From Candidatus Saccharimonadota bacterium (GTDB lineage: Bacteria > Patescibacteriota > Saccharimonadia > Saccharimonadales > UBA10212): DNA of 53,234 nt. Location: contig JACPKG010000016.1 in assembly GCA_016187175.1 (NCBI GenBank), positions 1 to 53,234 of the forward strand, written 5' to 3'. The notes under the pieces were generated by a model that saw only the letters and a program-made list of their open reading frames with translations, was not told the origin of the DNA and made no database searches. Below, one piece after another: positions 1 to 8,349 of this stretch. Every line of letters begins with the position of its first letter. The first letter of the stretch is position 1. The translations under genes were made by a program, and so were the position numbers.

Positions 1-364
1 AAGCGCTCAACCGCATCCCGCATACAACGTCTTTAACAATCGGAAATAGTATCTCGGCTGGGAAATCATCTGTAAAACCATGTTGATTTTGCAAAAACCG
101 GTAAATCATATTTACGGCCTTGGTAATTTTATTATCAGCCAGCGAGTAGTAGGCTTTTTGGCCCTGTCGGTTGACTTTGACCAATCCGTATCGGCGGAGC
201 AGTGTAAGATGTTGGGAAAGGTTTGGTTGGCTCAAGCCCAACATTTCTACCATTTCATTAACATTCAACTGGTGGTGCTTTAGAAGTTGTAAAATCTCCA
301 GGCGTTTATGGTTGGCCAAAACCTTGAAGGTTTCTTCTTCTAGGGCGATCATCTTCTGGTGCAT
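1..364 (-). CDS. ArsR/SmtB-family winged-HTH metalloregulator with a Cys-containing C-terminal extension (TRASH/YHS-like); 3' end lies outside the window
   Basis: Own minus-strand translation from the ATG (complement of 362-364): MHQKMIALEEETFKVLANHKRLEILQLLKHHQLNVNEMVEMLGLSQPNLSQHLTLLRRYGLVKVNRQGQKAYYSL. This is a classic ArsR HTH. It continues ...FPIVKDVVCGMRLSA to base 1 without a stop, so it is absent from the ORF track. Confidence 0.8.
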   Translation of the reverse strand, partial: MHQKMIALEEETFKVLANHKRLEILQLLKHHQLNVNEMVEMLGLSQPNLSQHLTLLRRYGLVKVNRQGQKAYYSLADNKITKAVNMIYRFLQNQHGFTDDFPAEILFPIVKDVVCGMRLSA

Positions 365-524
365 AATTGCGGCTTCGCCTTATGAGGGACAACCAATGGT
401 TTTCCCTCACCTGAGCCGGCACGAAATAAATTCGATGCTCGGGCTGCTCCTTTCCCTTTTAAATAACATCGGGGATGCATGTTTAGATAATAGCACAAAT
501 ATATTGATATTCGAATACTTGAAT

Positions 525-983
525 ATGTCTATTATTAACTGTAGGCTTAAGTTAATGTTTTATGTTTTTTTGGCCATTAGTTTGATATTTATCTTTAGCT
601 TGGTTTTTAAGAACCTGTCAAAAAAGCCTTTTTGTTCTCTTTGTGTAGCAGTCGCATCTACTTGGCTGGCCCTGCTGGTTTTATATAAAATCGGCCGTTT
701 TGGCAACCAAGTCCTGCTTGGGCTGCTGGTCGGCCAAAGTACAACTGGTATTTTTTACCTTGCCTATCGGCGTCTGCCCCAAGCCCTGCGTATTTTTAGC
801 TTGCCTTTTTTCTTGTCGCTGACAGCTATCTTCTACGGTCTAATTACAGGCGAAATCCAGCTGTCAGTTTTTATTCTGCTGGTAGTTTTATGGACCTCAG
901 CTTGGGTAGTTTTTACATATCGCAGTGATCCCGGCAAGAAAAAAATCGCTACGATCTTAGCTGAATGCTGCGAGGATAAATGA
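525..983 (+). CDS. small polytopic membrane protein with a CSLC (CxxC) motif and a C-terminal ECCEDK tail
   Basis: Track ORF 171-983 trimmed to ATG 525 (alternative ATG 555), because codons 1-118 are antisense to the ArsR-like gene. Several hydrophobic helices. No family recognised. Confidence 0.5.
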   Translation: MSIINCRLKLMFYVFLAISLIFIFSLVFKNLSKKPFCSLCVAVASTWLALLVLYKIGRFGNQVLLGLLVGQSTTGIFYLAYRRLPQALRIFSLPFFLSLTAIFYGLITGEIQLSVFILLVVLWTSAWVVFTYRSDPGKKKIATILAECCEDK

Positions 984-1025
984 TGATGAATTTTCCCAAG
1001 CCAAGGGTGAGGTTCTAACGGGATG
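980..1025 (+). promoter_or_regulatory. truncated copy (C) of the leader module: mini-uORF MMMNFPKPRVRF-stop, CGGG, then the ATG of ccdA-like
   Basis: AAGCCAAGGGTGAGGTTCTAACGGGATG matches the 3' ends of the elements at 12585-12709 and 24043-24172. The mini-ORF (980/986..1018) overlaps the TGA of the upstream gene and ends 4 nt before ATG 1023. Confidence 0.5.
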
Positions 1026-1898
1026 GAGTTAGTGACCGCCGCATCGTTACTGACCGCCTTCATCGCTGGTATGGCAGCGCTGTTTGCGCCTTGTTGCATA
1101 GGGGTATTGCTGCCGGCCTATTTGGCTTCGATCTTTAAGACCAAGACTAAAATTTTCTTGATGACCTTTGTCTACTTCCTTGGCCTGCTGAGCATCTTTT
1201 TGCCACTGGGACTGGGTGTAGCTAGTCTAGGCAGTTTCTTTAACGATAATCACGGTTTGTTTTTCGCGATTGGCGGCGCTTTTATGCTGCTACTTGGTTT
1301 CTCCATGATACTTGGTAAATCTATTATGCTGCCGATCCATGTTCACCCAAGATTACAAAAATATGATTTTGGTTCGATTTATGTGCTGGGTTTGTTTTCC
1401 GGTGTCGCCACTACTTGTTGCGCACCGGTACTGGCTGGCGTGTTAGCCTTGTCGGTTTTGCCTGGCTCAATCTGGCTTGGCGGTCTGTACGCTCTTACAT
1501 TTGTCGTTGGGATGGTAGTGCCATTATTTATCATGGCCGCTCTGTTAGACCGCAGCCAGGTTCTTGATAAGTTTCGTTCACTTAAGCGCACTGTTAGCTA
1601 TCATCTGCTTGGCCGCCAGATCAAAACCAGCCTGTCGCATTTGATTGCTGGTTCAATATTTACTGTTTTTGGTCTATTTATCCTGATTTACGAACGAGCG
1701 AATCCTGATGTCTTCAGCGCTGGCTATCAGCTAGATATTAATCTATTAGCCGCTCGTATTACCCGATATATTAGCCGCGAGGCGCAGGCGCTACCTGAAT
1801 TTGTGTGGGCGCTATTATTCATGGCTATATTTGCAGCCATTGCTTATGCGGCCTATAGGCAGGCTAAAGCCGAAAAAGTCGAGGACGAGGATCTATGA
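1023..1898 (+). CDS. ccdA: CcdA/DsbD-family transmembrane thiol:disulfide electron transporter
   Basis: 291 aa polytopic protein with two membrane-embedded Cys pairs (LFAPCCIGVLLP and TTCCAPVLAGV), typical of the cytochrome c biogenesis CcdA/DsbD_2 family. Confidence 0.8.
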   Translation: MELVTAASLLTAFIAGMAALFAPCCIGVLLPAYLASIFKTKTKIFLMTFVYFLGLLSIFLPLGLGVASLGSFFNDNHGLFFAIGGAFMLLLGFSMILGKSIMLPIHVHPRLQKYDFGSIYVLGLFSGVATTCCAPVLAGVLALSVLPGSIWLGGLYALTFVVGMVVPLFIMAALLDRSQVLDKFRSLKRTVSYHLLGRQIKTSLSHLIAGSIFTVFGLFILIYERANPDVFSAGYQLDINLLAARITRYISREAQALPEFVWALLFMAIFAAIAYAAYRQAKAEKVEDEDL

Positions 1899-2476
1899 AA
1901 TTTAAGCTGGCGCTACTGGCAGTAATAACTGTATTTGGGGGGGCTTTTATTTTTGTCGCTAACAAGTCTGGCGACAAAACTATTACTAACATGTCACCAG
2001 CCGATAAGCTAGCAAACATGATAGGTAAACCAGCGCCCGACTTTAGTTTACCAAGCCATAATGGCCAGACTTTTAACTTAGCTCAGCAGCGTGGTAAAAA
2101 AGTCGTGCTTTTCTTTAACGAAGGTATTATGTGTTATCCGGCCTGTTGGAACCAAATGGCTTCTTTGGGTAGCGACGGCCGGCTTAATAACGACAAAGTG
2201 GTTTCAGCTAGCATCGTGGCCGACACTAAAGACCAGTGGGTCGAGGCGGTAAAAAAAATGCCCGAGCTCGGCCAAGGCACATTACTGCTGGACACGGACA
2301 TGGCGGTATCCCGTCAATATGGGATGCTACTGCTGGAATCATCAATGCACAGGGGAAGCAAGCCGGGACATACATACGTTATAGTAGATGAAGAGGGAAT
2401 TGTGCAGTACACCAGCGATGATCCACAAATGGGTATTAGGAACGATGCAATAGTGGCCGAGTTAAGTAAAATATAG
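1895..2476 (+). CDS. membrane-anchored thioredoxin-fold redoxin (AhpC/TSA/TlpA-like) with an atypical CYPAC motif
   Basis: N-terminal TM helix, then PAPDFSLPSHNGQTFNLAQQRGKKVVLFFNEGIMCYPACW. ATGA overlap with ccdA-like. Confidence 0.75.
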   Translation: MKFKLALLAVITVFGGAFIFVANKSGDKTITNMSPADKLANMIGKPAPDFSLPSHNGQTFNLAQQRGKKVVLFFNEGIMCYPACWNQMASLGSDGRLNNDKVVSASIVADTKDQWVEAVKKMPELGQGTLLLDTDMAVSRQYGMLLLESSMHRGSKPGHTYVIVDEEGIVQYTSDDPQMGIRNDAIVAELSKI

Positions 2477-2478
2477 AA

Positions 2479-3108
2479 ATGCGGATACGGACTAAACTAT
2501 CAAAAGTCGTAAAATCGGGCCGGTTTGTGATCGGTCTTAGTTTTATAGTCGGGGCTTTAGTAATTCTTGGTATAAGGTTCGTGACCTACCATCCTCCTGA
2601 CGAGGTTCACTATCATGCCAACTTCGCTGTATATTTTAATGGCCAAAGAGAGTTATTCAAGGACATTTTTTATTACATTGGTACCGAAGGGGCCTGTAGT
2701 CTTGAGCCAAAGATGACGCCCCACCAAAGAGCCCATATGCACGACAACGTTAATGACGTAGTGCACGTCGAAGACCAGGCGGTAACATGGGGAGTGTTTT
2801 TTCAAAATATTGGCTGGGTGGTTGATGCTACGCTAATCAAGACAGCCGATCAGATTCTGCTGGCGGACCCCCAAAATAAAATCACTTTTATGCTAAATGG
2901 TGAGCAGACGGATAAAATAGTTAATCGGGTAATTAAAGATCAGGATAGACTGCTAGTTGACTACGGCAGCACTTCTCCAGCAGATCTTCACAAGGAGTAC
3001 GAATCTGTCCCGACCACGGCCCGCCAATACAATATGCAGCAGGATCCTGCTAGCTGCAGCGGTCGCCGGCCAACAAACTTATCGGAACGATTCAAGCACT
3101 TGTTTTAA
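2479..3108 (+). CDS. membrane-anchored His-rich hypothetical protein
   Basis: 209 aa ORF starting 2 nt after the redoxin stop. One N-terminal TM helix and several His residues (VHYHANF, HQRAHMHDN). No family recognised. Confidence 0.55.
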   Translation: MRIRTKLSKVVKSGRFVIGLSFIVGALVILGIRFVTYHPPDEVHYHANFAVYFNGQRELFKDIFYYIGTEGACSLEPKMTPHQRAHMHDNVNDVVHVEDQAVTWGVFFQNIGWVVDATLIKTADQILLADPQNKITFMLNGEQTDKIVNRVIKDQDRLLVDYGSTSPADLHKEYESVPTTARQYNMQQDPASCSGRRPTNLSERFKHLF

Positions 3109-3119
3109 TGATTTTTCTC

Positions 3120-3292
3120 TAAGAGCTAATCCACATCTCTCTATCGGCCAAAACCGAAGATCGCCCACTTTCAATCCGTTTTTCCCTCGTCAGCGTACCA
3201 CTTTAGGTACGCTTCCTCACGAGAAAACAGATTAAAAATCATGGGCCCTGCTTCAATTTTGCCTATAACAGTGAGATGTGGATTAGCTCTTA
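3120..3292. mobile_element. MITE-like element: perfect 20-bp terminal inverted repeats flanking about 133 bp
   Basis: TAAGAGCTAATCCACATCTC (3120-3139) is the exact reverse complement of GAGATGTGGATTAGCTCTTA (3273-3292). No ORF inside. The right arm contains the last codons and the stop of the P-type ATPase. Confidence 0.45.
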
Positions 3293-5787
3293 AACTTATG
3301 ATGCAGCTTATGAATTTCCACGGCCAGCAAAACCGTGAGAATTACAAAAATTGATCCAACTAGTAAATGGTCAAAGCCAACACTTGCAACGCCAAAAACT
3401 TCTTTTAGTGGTCCGAACATAACCAGTGACTGCAACAGCGCTGCCATAAAAAGCCCAAACAAAAGTTTATAGTTCATAACTTGCCCGCCGCGGATAGCAG
3501 AATGCTGTTCGGATCTGGCGTTAAAAGCATTAGTCCACTGGCTGACAACCAGCATAAAAAAAGCTATGGTCTGGGCATACTCCAACGAGTAGCCCGATTG
3601 GATCAAAAAGTCAAAGACTATAAGGATTGGAATTGACATAGCCGCGCCCACAATGACAATCCGGCTTAAAATAACTCTGTCTAAAATAGGCGCTCTTGGC
3701 CGGCGCGGCGGTCGTTTCATATGGTCGTCCTCAGCCGGTTCCAGGCCAAGGGGGATAACTAAAGCGGTGTCGGTAACAAGATTGACCCACAAAATCATAA
3801 TGGCAGTAACAGGCAGGGGTAGTCCTATAAGCAACGCTCCAATCATCGTCAAAATCTCGCCGAGGCTGGTGGCAAGAAGATAAAACATCATCCGCCTGAT
3901 GTTGTCATAAATTATTCTGCCCTCGCTGATAGCTTGGACAATCGAAGCAAAGCTACTGTCTAGCAAGATCATGTCGCCGGCGTCTTTGGCAATGTCGTTG
4001 CCCGAGCCCATGGCAATCCCTACATGAGCATTAGTTAAGGCAGGCACATCATTTACACCGTCTCCTGTCATAGCGGTTATCTCAGACCGTTTAAGTGCCC
4101 TGAGAATATTAAATTTCTGCTGTGGCAAAATCCTCGCGAAAACGGACTTGGTCTTTAGCACAGTTTCTAATTGCTCCTCAGTTTCGGGCAAATCGCTGCC
4201 CATTATCACCTGATCGCGGTGAGTACTTATGCCAAGATTTTTGCCTACATGAAAAGCTGTTTCAAAGTGGTCACCGGTAATCATCCTTACGGAAATACCG
4301 GCGCTTTTGGCGGCTGCAATCGCGGCAGCGGACTCCGGCCGCAGCTCATCGGCAAAAGCTACAAAGCCGGCAAACTGCAACGGTAGATCTTTAAGGCCTG
4401 CCAGCTTGTCAGCGGCATGATCAACCTTCGCCCAAGCTACAGCAATTACCCGCTGTCCATTAGCTACCATGTGATGCAATCTGCTTTCGGCTTGATGACG
4501 GGTCTCGTCATCAAGCTGGCAAAGGTTAAGTAAATGTTCCGGCGCGCCTTTGACATATAAAACTTTAGCGTCAGCTTCCTGCCACAGCGCGCCGCTCATA
4601 CGTAGAGCTTGGTCAAAAGGGTAGTTCTTAATAAGCTTTCCATTATACATATGGTCACCGGCGAATTTCTGCAGCGCACGGTCGAACGGCTCAGTTACGT
4701 TAGCTGGTTGGCCAAGCGTTTTAAGAGCAATCCTTTTTAAATCAATGCGCGGATCAGCCGGCCAGTTATCGGCAACTGCTAAACTGTTTTTAGTCAGTGT
4801 TCCGGTTTTATCGGTGGCTATAGCTGTGATTAGACCAAGATCCTCAATGGTGCGCATTGAACGGACCAGGGCGTTTTTGCGGGCCATTCGGCGTATGCCT
4901 AGCACCGCGACCACAGACAAGGCAATTGGCAGATCTTCTGGCACGGCCGAAACACTCATAGCCAGCACGAACCGTAGTGCCTCATTAGCAGGAACGTCAC
5001 GCAACAAACTCAAAGTAAAGACTACCGCCGCTACTACTCCCAAGACTTTTATCAACCGACCGACCAATGTATCGATCTTCTGCTGCATCGGGCTTTTGGG
5101 CTCAGCTTGAACCGCCAATTTGGCAATGGCACCAAACTCAGTTGCCGAGCCGGTGGCTATTACCATCGCACGTCCGTTGCCAGCTGCAATGTATGTACCT
5201 GAAAAAAGCATGTTTTCCCGTTCGTAAAGTGGCTTGTCTGCCGAAATTGTGGAAACGACTTTTTTAACAGGTAATGATTCGCCAGTTAGTACTGCTTCAT
5301 CAGCCAAGAGATTTTCTTCGTGGATAACTCGGGCGTCGGCGGGGACGCGCTGACCTTCAAATAGTAAAACGATATCTCCCGGCACCAACAGGTTCGCAGC
5401 CACAGTTGTGCTGCGTCCATCGCGTAGGACCTGTACATATTGCTGGGCGTGCTTTTTTAAGCTTTTTAGTACGCGGTTGGTGGCTTGTTGCTGGGTATAA
5501 TAAATGGCTATATTAACTGCAATGATGGCGCTAATAACAATTCCATCTAGGGATTTATGGCTTAAGAAACTTATGGCTGTCGCCAAAACCAGGATTATCA
5601 CAAAGAGGCTGGCAAAGGGCTCGATAATTTTACGCCAAAGCGGCTGGCCGTCAGCTTCAAGCTCGTTGAAACCATATTGATTGAGCCGTAGGTTAGCCTC
5701 GGTGGTGCTAAGACCATGTTGACCCGAATTCAGCGAGGCATAGAGTTCTTCCAAATTTAAAGAGTGCCATACCTGCATTACAGACAT
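3283..5787 (-). CDS. cation-transporting P-type ATPase (P2-type, Ca2+/Mg2+-like)
   Basis: 834 aa with TGES, DKTGTLT phosphorylation site, KGAPE, MITGD and TGDGVNDVPAL hinge, plus N-terminal cation-ATPase and C-terminal TM bundles. Confidence 0.9.
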   Translation of the reverse strand: MSVMQVWHSLNLEELYASLNSGQHGLSTTEANLRLNQYGFNELEADGQPLWRKIIEPFASLFVIILVLATAISFLSHKSLDGIVISAIIAVNIAIYYTQQQATNRVLKSLKKHAQQYVQVLRDGRSTTVAANLLVPGDIVLLFEGQRVPADARVIHEENLLADEAVLTGESLPVKKVVSTISADKPLYERENMLFSGTYIAAGNGRAMVIATGSATEFGAIAKLAVQAEPKSPMQQKIDTLVGRLIKVLGVVAAVVFTLSLLRDVPANEALRFVLAMSVSAVPEDLPIALSVVAVLGIRRMARKNALVRSMRTIEDLGLITAIATDKTGTLTKNSLAVADNWPADPRIDLKRIALKTLGQPANVTEPFDRALQKFAGDHMYNGKLIKNYPFDQALRMSGALWQEADAKVLYVKGAPEHLLNLCQLDDETRHQAESRLHHMVANGQRVIAVAWAKVDHAADKLAGLKDLPLQFAGFVAFADELRPESAAAIAAAKSAGISVRMITGDHFETAFHVGKNLGISTHRDQVIMGSDLPETEEQLETVLKTKSVFARILPQQKFNILRALKRSEITAMTGDGVNDVPALTNAHVGIAMGSGNDIAKDAGDMILLDSSFASIVQAISEGRIIYDNIRRMMFYLLATSLGEILTMIGALLIGLPLPVTAIMILWVNLVTDTALVIPLGLEPAEDDHMKRPPRRPRAPILDRVILSRIVIVGAAMSIPILIVFDFLIQSGYSLEYAQTIAFFMLVVSQWTNAFNARSEQHSAIRGGQVMNYKLLFGLFMAALLQSLVMFGPLKEVFGVASVGFDHLLVGSIFVILTVLLAVEIHKLHHKFKS

Positions 5788-5827
5788 TATAGTTTAAGAG
5801 CTTACGCTTTGTTATGCTAAGCCTACG

Positions 5828-6421
5828 ATGGCTATTGATTTAAACCAAGAAATAAACCTGGATGATTTGCGTAAACGCTGGCACGGATGGCACCTAAAAA
5901 ACACCTTTTTCCTAATTGACGGAATGATTTTGTTTTTCTTTTTAGCCAGCGTTCCTCAAGTTGATTCATTTATCAGAAGCCTTGGCACCCTTGGTCTTTT
6001 CGGCGCTTTTTTGGTCGGCTTCTTTTTTGTGCTAACCTATACGGCCGTACCGGCAGCCTTTGTCCTGTTTGAACTGGCAAAATACAACAATCCGCTGGAG
6101 ATCGCCCTAATTGCCGCCGTTGGTTCAATGTTGGGCGACTATCTTATTTTTCGTTTCATAAAGGATAGGATAGTGCAGGAGCTAAAGCCCTACCTGGCGA
6201 AAATTGGTACGCCAAAAGTAAAACATTTATTTAAAACGCCCTATTTCGCGTGGCTGCTGCCGGTTTTGGGGGCGCTGATTATCGCCTCGCCAGCGCCCGA
6301 TGAAGTCGGTGTGGGGCTGATGGGTGCGGCAAAAGTTAAAAATAGCCATTTTTTGATTTTTTCATACGCGCTTAATGCTATAGGCATATTTATTGTCGTG
6401 CTTTTGGCTCGCAGCCTTTAA
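5828..6421 (+). CDS. polytopic membrane protein, DedA/VTT-domain-like
   Basis: 197 aa with 4-5 hydrophobic helices. The GDYLIFRFIKDRI motif resembles DedA/TVP38 proteins. Weak assignment. Confidence 0.5.
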   Translation: MAIDLNQEINLDDLRKRWHGWHLKNTFFLIDGMILFFFLASVPQVDSFIRSLGTLGLFGAFLVGFFFVLTYTAVPAAFVLFELAKYNNPLEIALIAAVGSMLGDYLIFRFIKDRIVQELKPYLAKIGTPKVKHLFKTPYFAWLLPVLGALIIASPAPDEVGVGLMGAAKVKNSHFLIFSYALNAIGIFIVVLLARSL

Positions 6422-6439
6422 TCCAAAAATACCTATTTG

Positions 6440-6460
6440 CTACAGGGTCGTACCCTATAG
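6440..6460. repeat. palindromic unit CTACAGGGTCGTACCCTATAG (AGGGT-CGT-ACCCT core), intergenic copy
   Basis: Same core as the copies inside lepA (26831-26870) and ruvC (45585-45603). Confidence 0.6.
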
Positions 6461-6522
6461 TAAAGAAAATACAAGAGGGTAATTAGGTTTTTGTGCTAAG
6501 ATAAATATATTAACAAATAAAC

Positions 6523-6810
6523 AGCTGGAAGCCTGTGACCCATCCTCCGTTGAGACTACGGAGGGCAAGAATTCAGGCACTGTGCCGCAACGGTAAGAAA
6601 ATGAGAAACCCCGTCGGGGTCTCTCATCGCACCGGTCCGCGAAAGCGGAGACGAATTTAGTTCGTCAGGTCCGATGAGAAAAACGTAGTTTGTCTCATAT
6701 TTAAGTCCGATACAGCTTTACAATCCGCCAGCTGGCGGACTCCCGAGCAGGAGTACTAAGTACTTAACAAGTTAAGTATTTTCAACCCCTGCTCCACACA
6801 GGGGTTTTTT
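6523..6810 (+). ncRNA. candidate structured RNA of unknown class (independent ncRNA or long 5' leader of the 6811 gene)
   Basis: No ORF of 60 aa or more. Dense hairpins: CCTCCGT/ACGGAGG; ATGAGA..CCCC-GTC-GGGG..TCTCAT; CCGC-GAAA-GCGG; GACGAA/TTCGTC; a second ATGAGA/TCTCAT; TCCGCCAGCTGGCGGA; ACTCC/GGAGT. Repeated GGTCCG and GTCCGAT boxes. Ends in a strong intrinsic terminator. Strand is inferred only from the terminator. Confidence 0.3.
6786..6810 (+). terminator. rho-independent terminator
   Basis: CCCCTG-ctccaca-CAGGGG followed by TTTTTT. The T-tract abuts ATG 6811. Confidence 0.75.
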
Positions 6811-8349
6811 ATGGTCGTAGCAGCCGAACAATTTATAGCAACACAGCAAGCCGAGAGCTATCGTTTTATTGAACCAGTTCACGATATTGGCGAGAGGGCT
6901 CTTTGGGGAGCTGGCGTATTTGTCCGGGAACTGGGAGTTAACGATCCTTTGACCCACTTGGAGCAGTATCTGGAAAACGGTGAGGCGGCAATGAACTCGA
7001 TCGATGAAGACTTAATTACTGACTGCGCCGAACGAATCGAAAAACCACGTTTTATCAACCCGGTCCAATTCGACAGGGTAGTCAACGATTTCATATCCAG
7101 GCAAAACAAATTTTCGATGCGCTCCATGACAGCTAAAACAGAGTATAAATTTGCTGGTAACGCAACCGATATACGTCTTTATAAACGCGCCAAAATAGAA
7201 TCAAAAGAAGTCGATAGACTGAGTAATTGGTTTGAGGGCGCTGAAGCCAATGAAGCCTACATCGTAGAGTCTATGCCCATAACAGAGAACGAAACTTACA
7301 CTATAGTCAGAATTTACCAAAAAGTAAACGCGCATGTGCTTATTGAGCATGTAGTTACGTTGCATAATTCATCGGTTGGTATCTTTAATGAGTTGCGCCG
7401 TCAGCTTAGCGCTAACGTCCCTGAAAGCCAGACGCCTCTGGAGCTTTTAAATAAAATGTACGCTTACCACCTGCCTGAAAGCTGTAGTTTCTCGGACTTT
7501 TTAGACCAGTATGTGGCGACCTATGATGGCATACTGGCTGCTCGAAACTTAGGCAAAGAGTTCAGCTTTGGTTTAGAAAGGTCGGAACGGCCTGATCCGG
7601 GTGATGATGTGGCTATGGTTCGTCGCCAAGCAGCTTTGCGCTCGGTCTACTTAGATAACATTCGAGCCCTAGGCACCAGCGGCGGCTATGTTACCCCCCA
7701 AGTTCTGAATATAAACAAAAACCTTAACCTCGGCCTGAGCCTAGAAGAGGGCTTGGTAATATCTGCGCCCTTAGCCCGCAGTTTGTTGGATTTCAGTTTG
7801 CAGCATATAGCGGCGACTTTAAACCGTGCGCCAGCAGTCATCTTAGACAGGCTGGCTTCGACCGGCGATAAGGCCAGCGCCATTGAGTCCGCTGGATATT
7901 ACGGAAGTGAAGCTAGGGCCAACGGAGTACGTTATGAAGGAGCGTGCCCGTCAGGCCCAGGCGGTATCGCGGCTCAGGAAGCGGCTGCCCTAGCGCACGG
8001 CCAAAGAATAAATCAAGACCCTACAAAGTGCGTTACTTGCCCGGCGTGTAGAAAAACAGTGGATTTACCCAAAGATTTATTCAAGAAAAAAATCTATCAC
8101 TGTGTGGAATGTAAGACGACATATAAAAATGGCGAAAAAATAGACCACAGGACACTCGAAAGCTATGGGGTTAAGAAAAAAAATTTTAGCGCCATGGATA
8201 TTCTTGGGGACTGGTGGCGGCGGCAAAAACAGGAGGACGAGATTAAAACAGCTGCCGGAAAACAAGCCAAAGCTGAACTTGGCCGAGATGTTACATATCT
8301 AGATAAGAAACGCTACGAAAAGCAGATTCGACAAAAGCTGGCGGCCTAG
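6811..8349 (+). CDS. orphan protein with a C-terminal double-CxxC zinc ribbon and a Lys/Glu-rich tail
   Basis: 512 aa ORF with CVTCPACRKTVDLP...YHCVECKTTYKNG near the C-terminus. ATG 6811 directly follows the terminator T-tract. ATG 6991 has a better SD (GGTGAGG, 5 nt spacer) and may be the real start. Confidence 0.6.
   Translation: MVVAAEQFIATQQAESYRFIEPVHDIGERALWGAGVFVRELGVNDPLTHLEQYLENGEAAMNSIDEDLITDCAERIEKPRFINPVQFDRVVNDFISRQNKFSMRSMTAKTEYKFAGNATDIRLYKRAKIESKEVDRLSNWFEGAEANEAYIVESMPITENETYTIVRIYQKVNAHVLIEHVVTLHNSSVGIFNELRRQLSANVPESQTPLELLNKMYAYHLPESCSFSDFLDQYVATYDGILAARNLGKEFSFGLERSERPDPGDDVAMVRRQAALRSVYLDNIRALGTSGGYVTPQVLNINKNLNLGLSLEEGLVISAPLARSLLDFSLQHIAATLNRAPAVILDRLASTGDKASAIESAGYYGSEARANGVRYEGACPSGPGGIAAQEAAALAHGQRINQDPTKCVTCPACRKTVDLPKDLFKKKIYHCVECKTTYKNGEKIDHRTLESYGVKKKNFSAMDILGDWWRRQKQEDEIKTAAGKQAKAELGRDVTYLDKKRYEKQIRQKLAA

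Noticed and set aside
171-524. N-terminal 118 codons of track ORF 171-983.
   Set aside because: This part is antisense to a clearly recognisable ArsR-family gene (1-364, minus strand) and has no membrane-protein character. The real gene most likely starts at ATG 525 or 555.
3653-5267. Plus-strand ORFs inside the P-type ATPase gene (3653-3883, 4171-4386, 4745-5110, 5067-5267).
   Set aside because: Antisense shadows of a full-length ATPase with all catalytic motifs intact.
6523-6810. The structured RNA as SRP RNA, RNase P RNA, a hammerhead ribozyme or a ykkC/ZTP riboswitch.
   Set aside because: GGTCCGC-GAAA-GCGGAGAC loosely resembles SRP helix 8 but lacks the invariant AGCA on the 3' side. 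AAGTCCG matches only 7 nt of the RNase P CR-I box, at the wrong position, with no ACAGAA..GGCTTA. CCGATGAG lacks the conserved U of CUGAUGA and the helices do not close. No CTAGGGTTCCG (ykkC) or CCGCCTGGGC (ZTP) is present.
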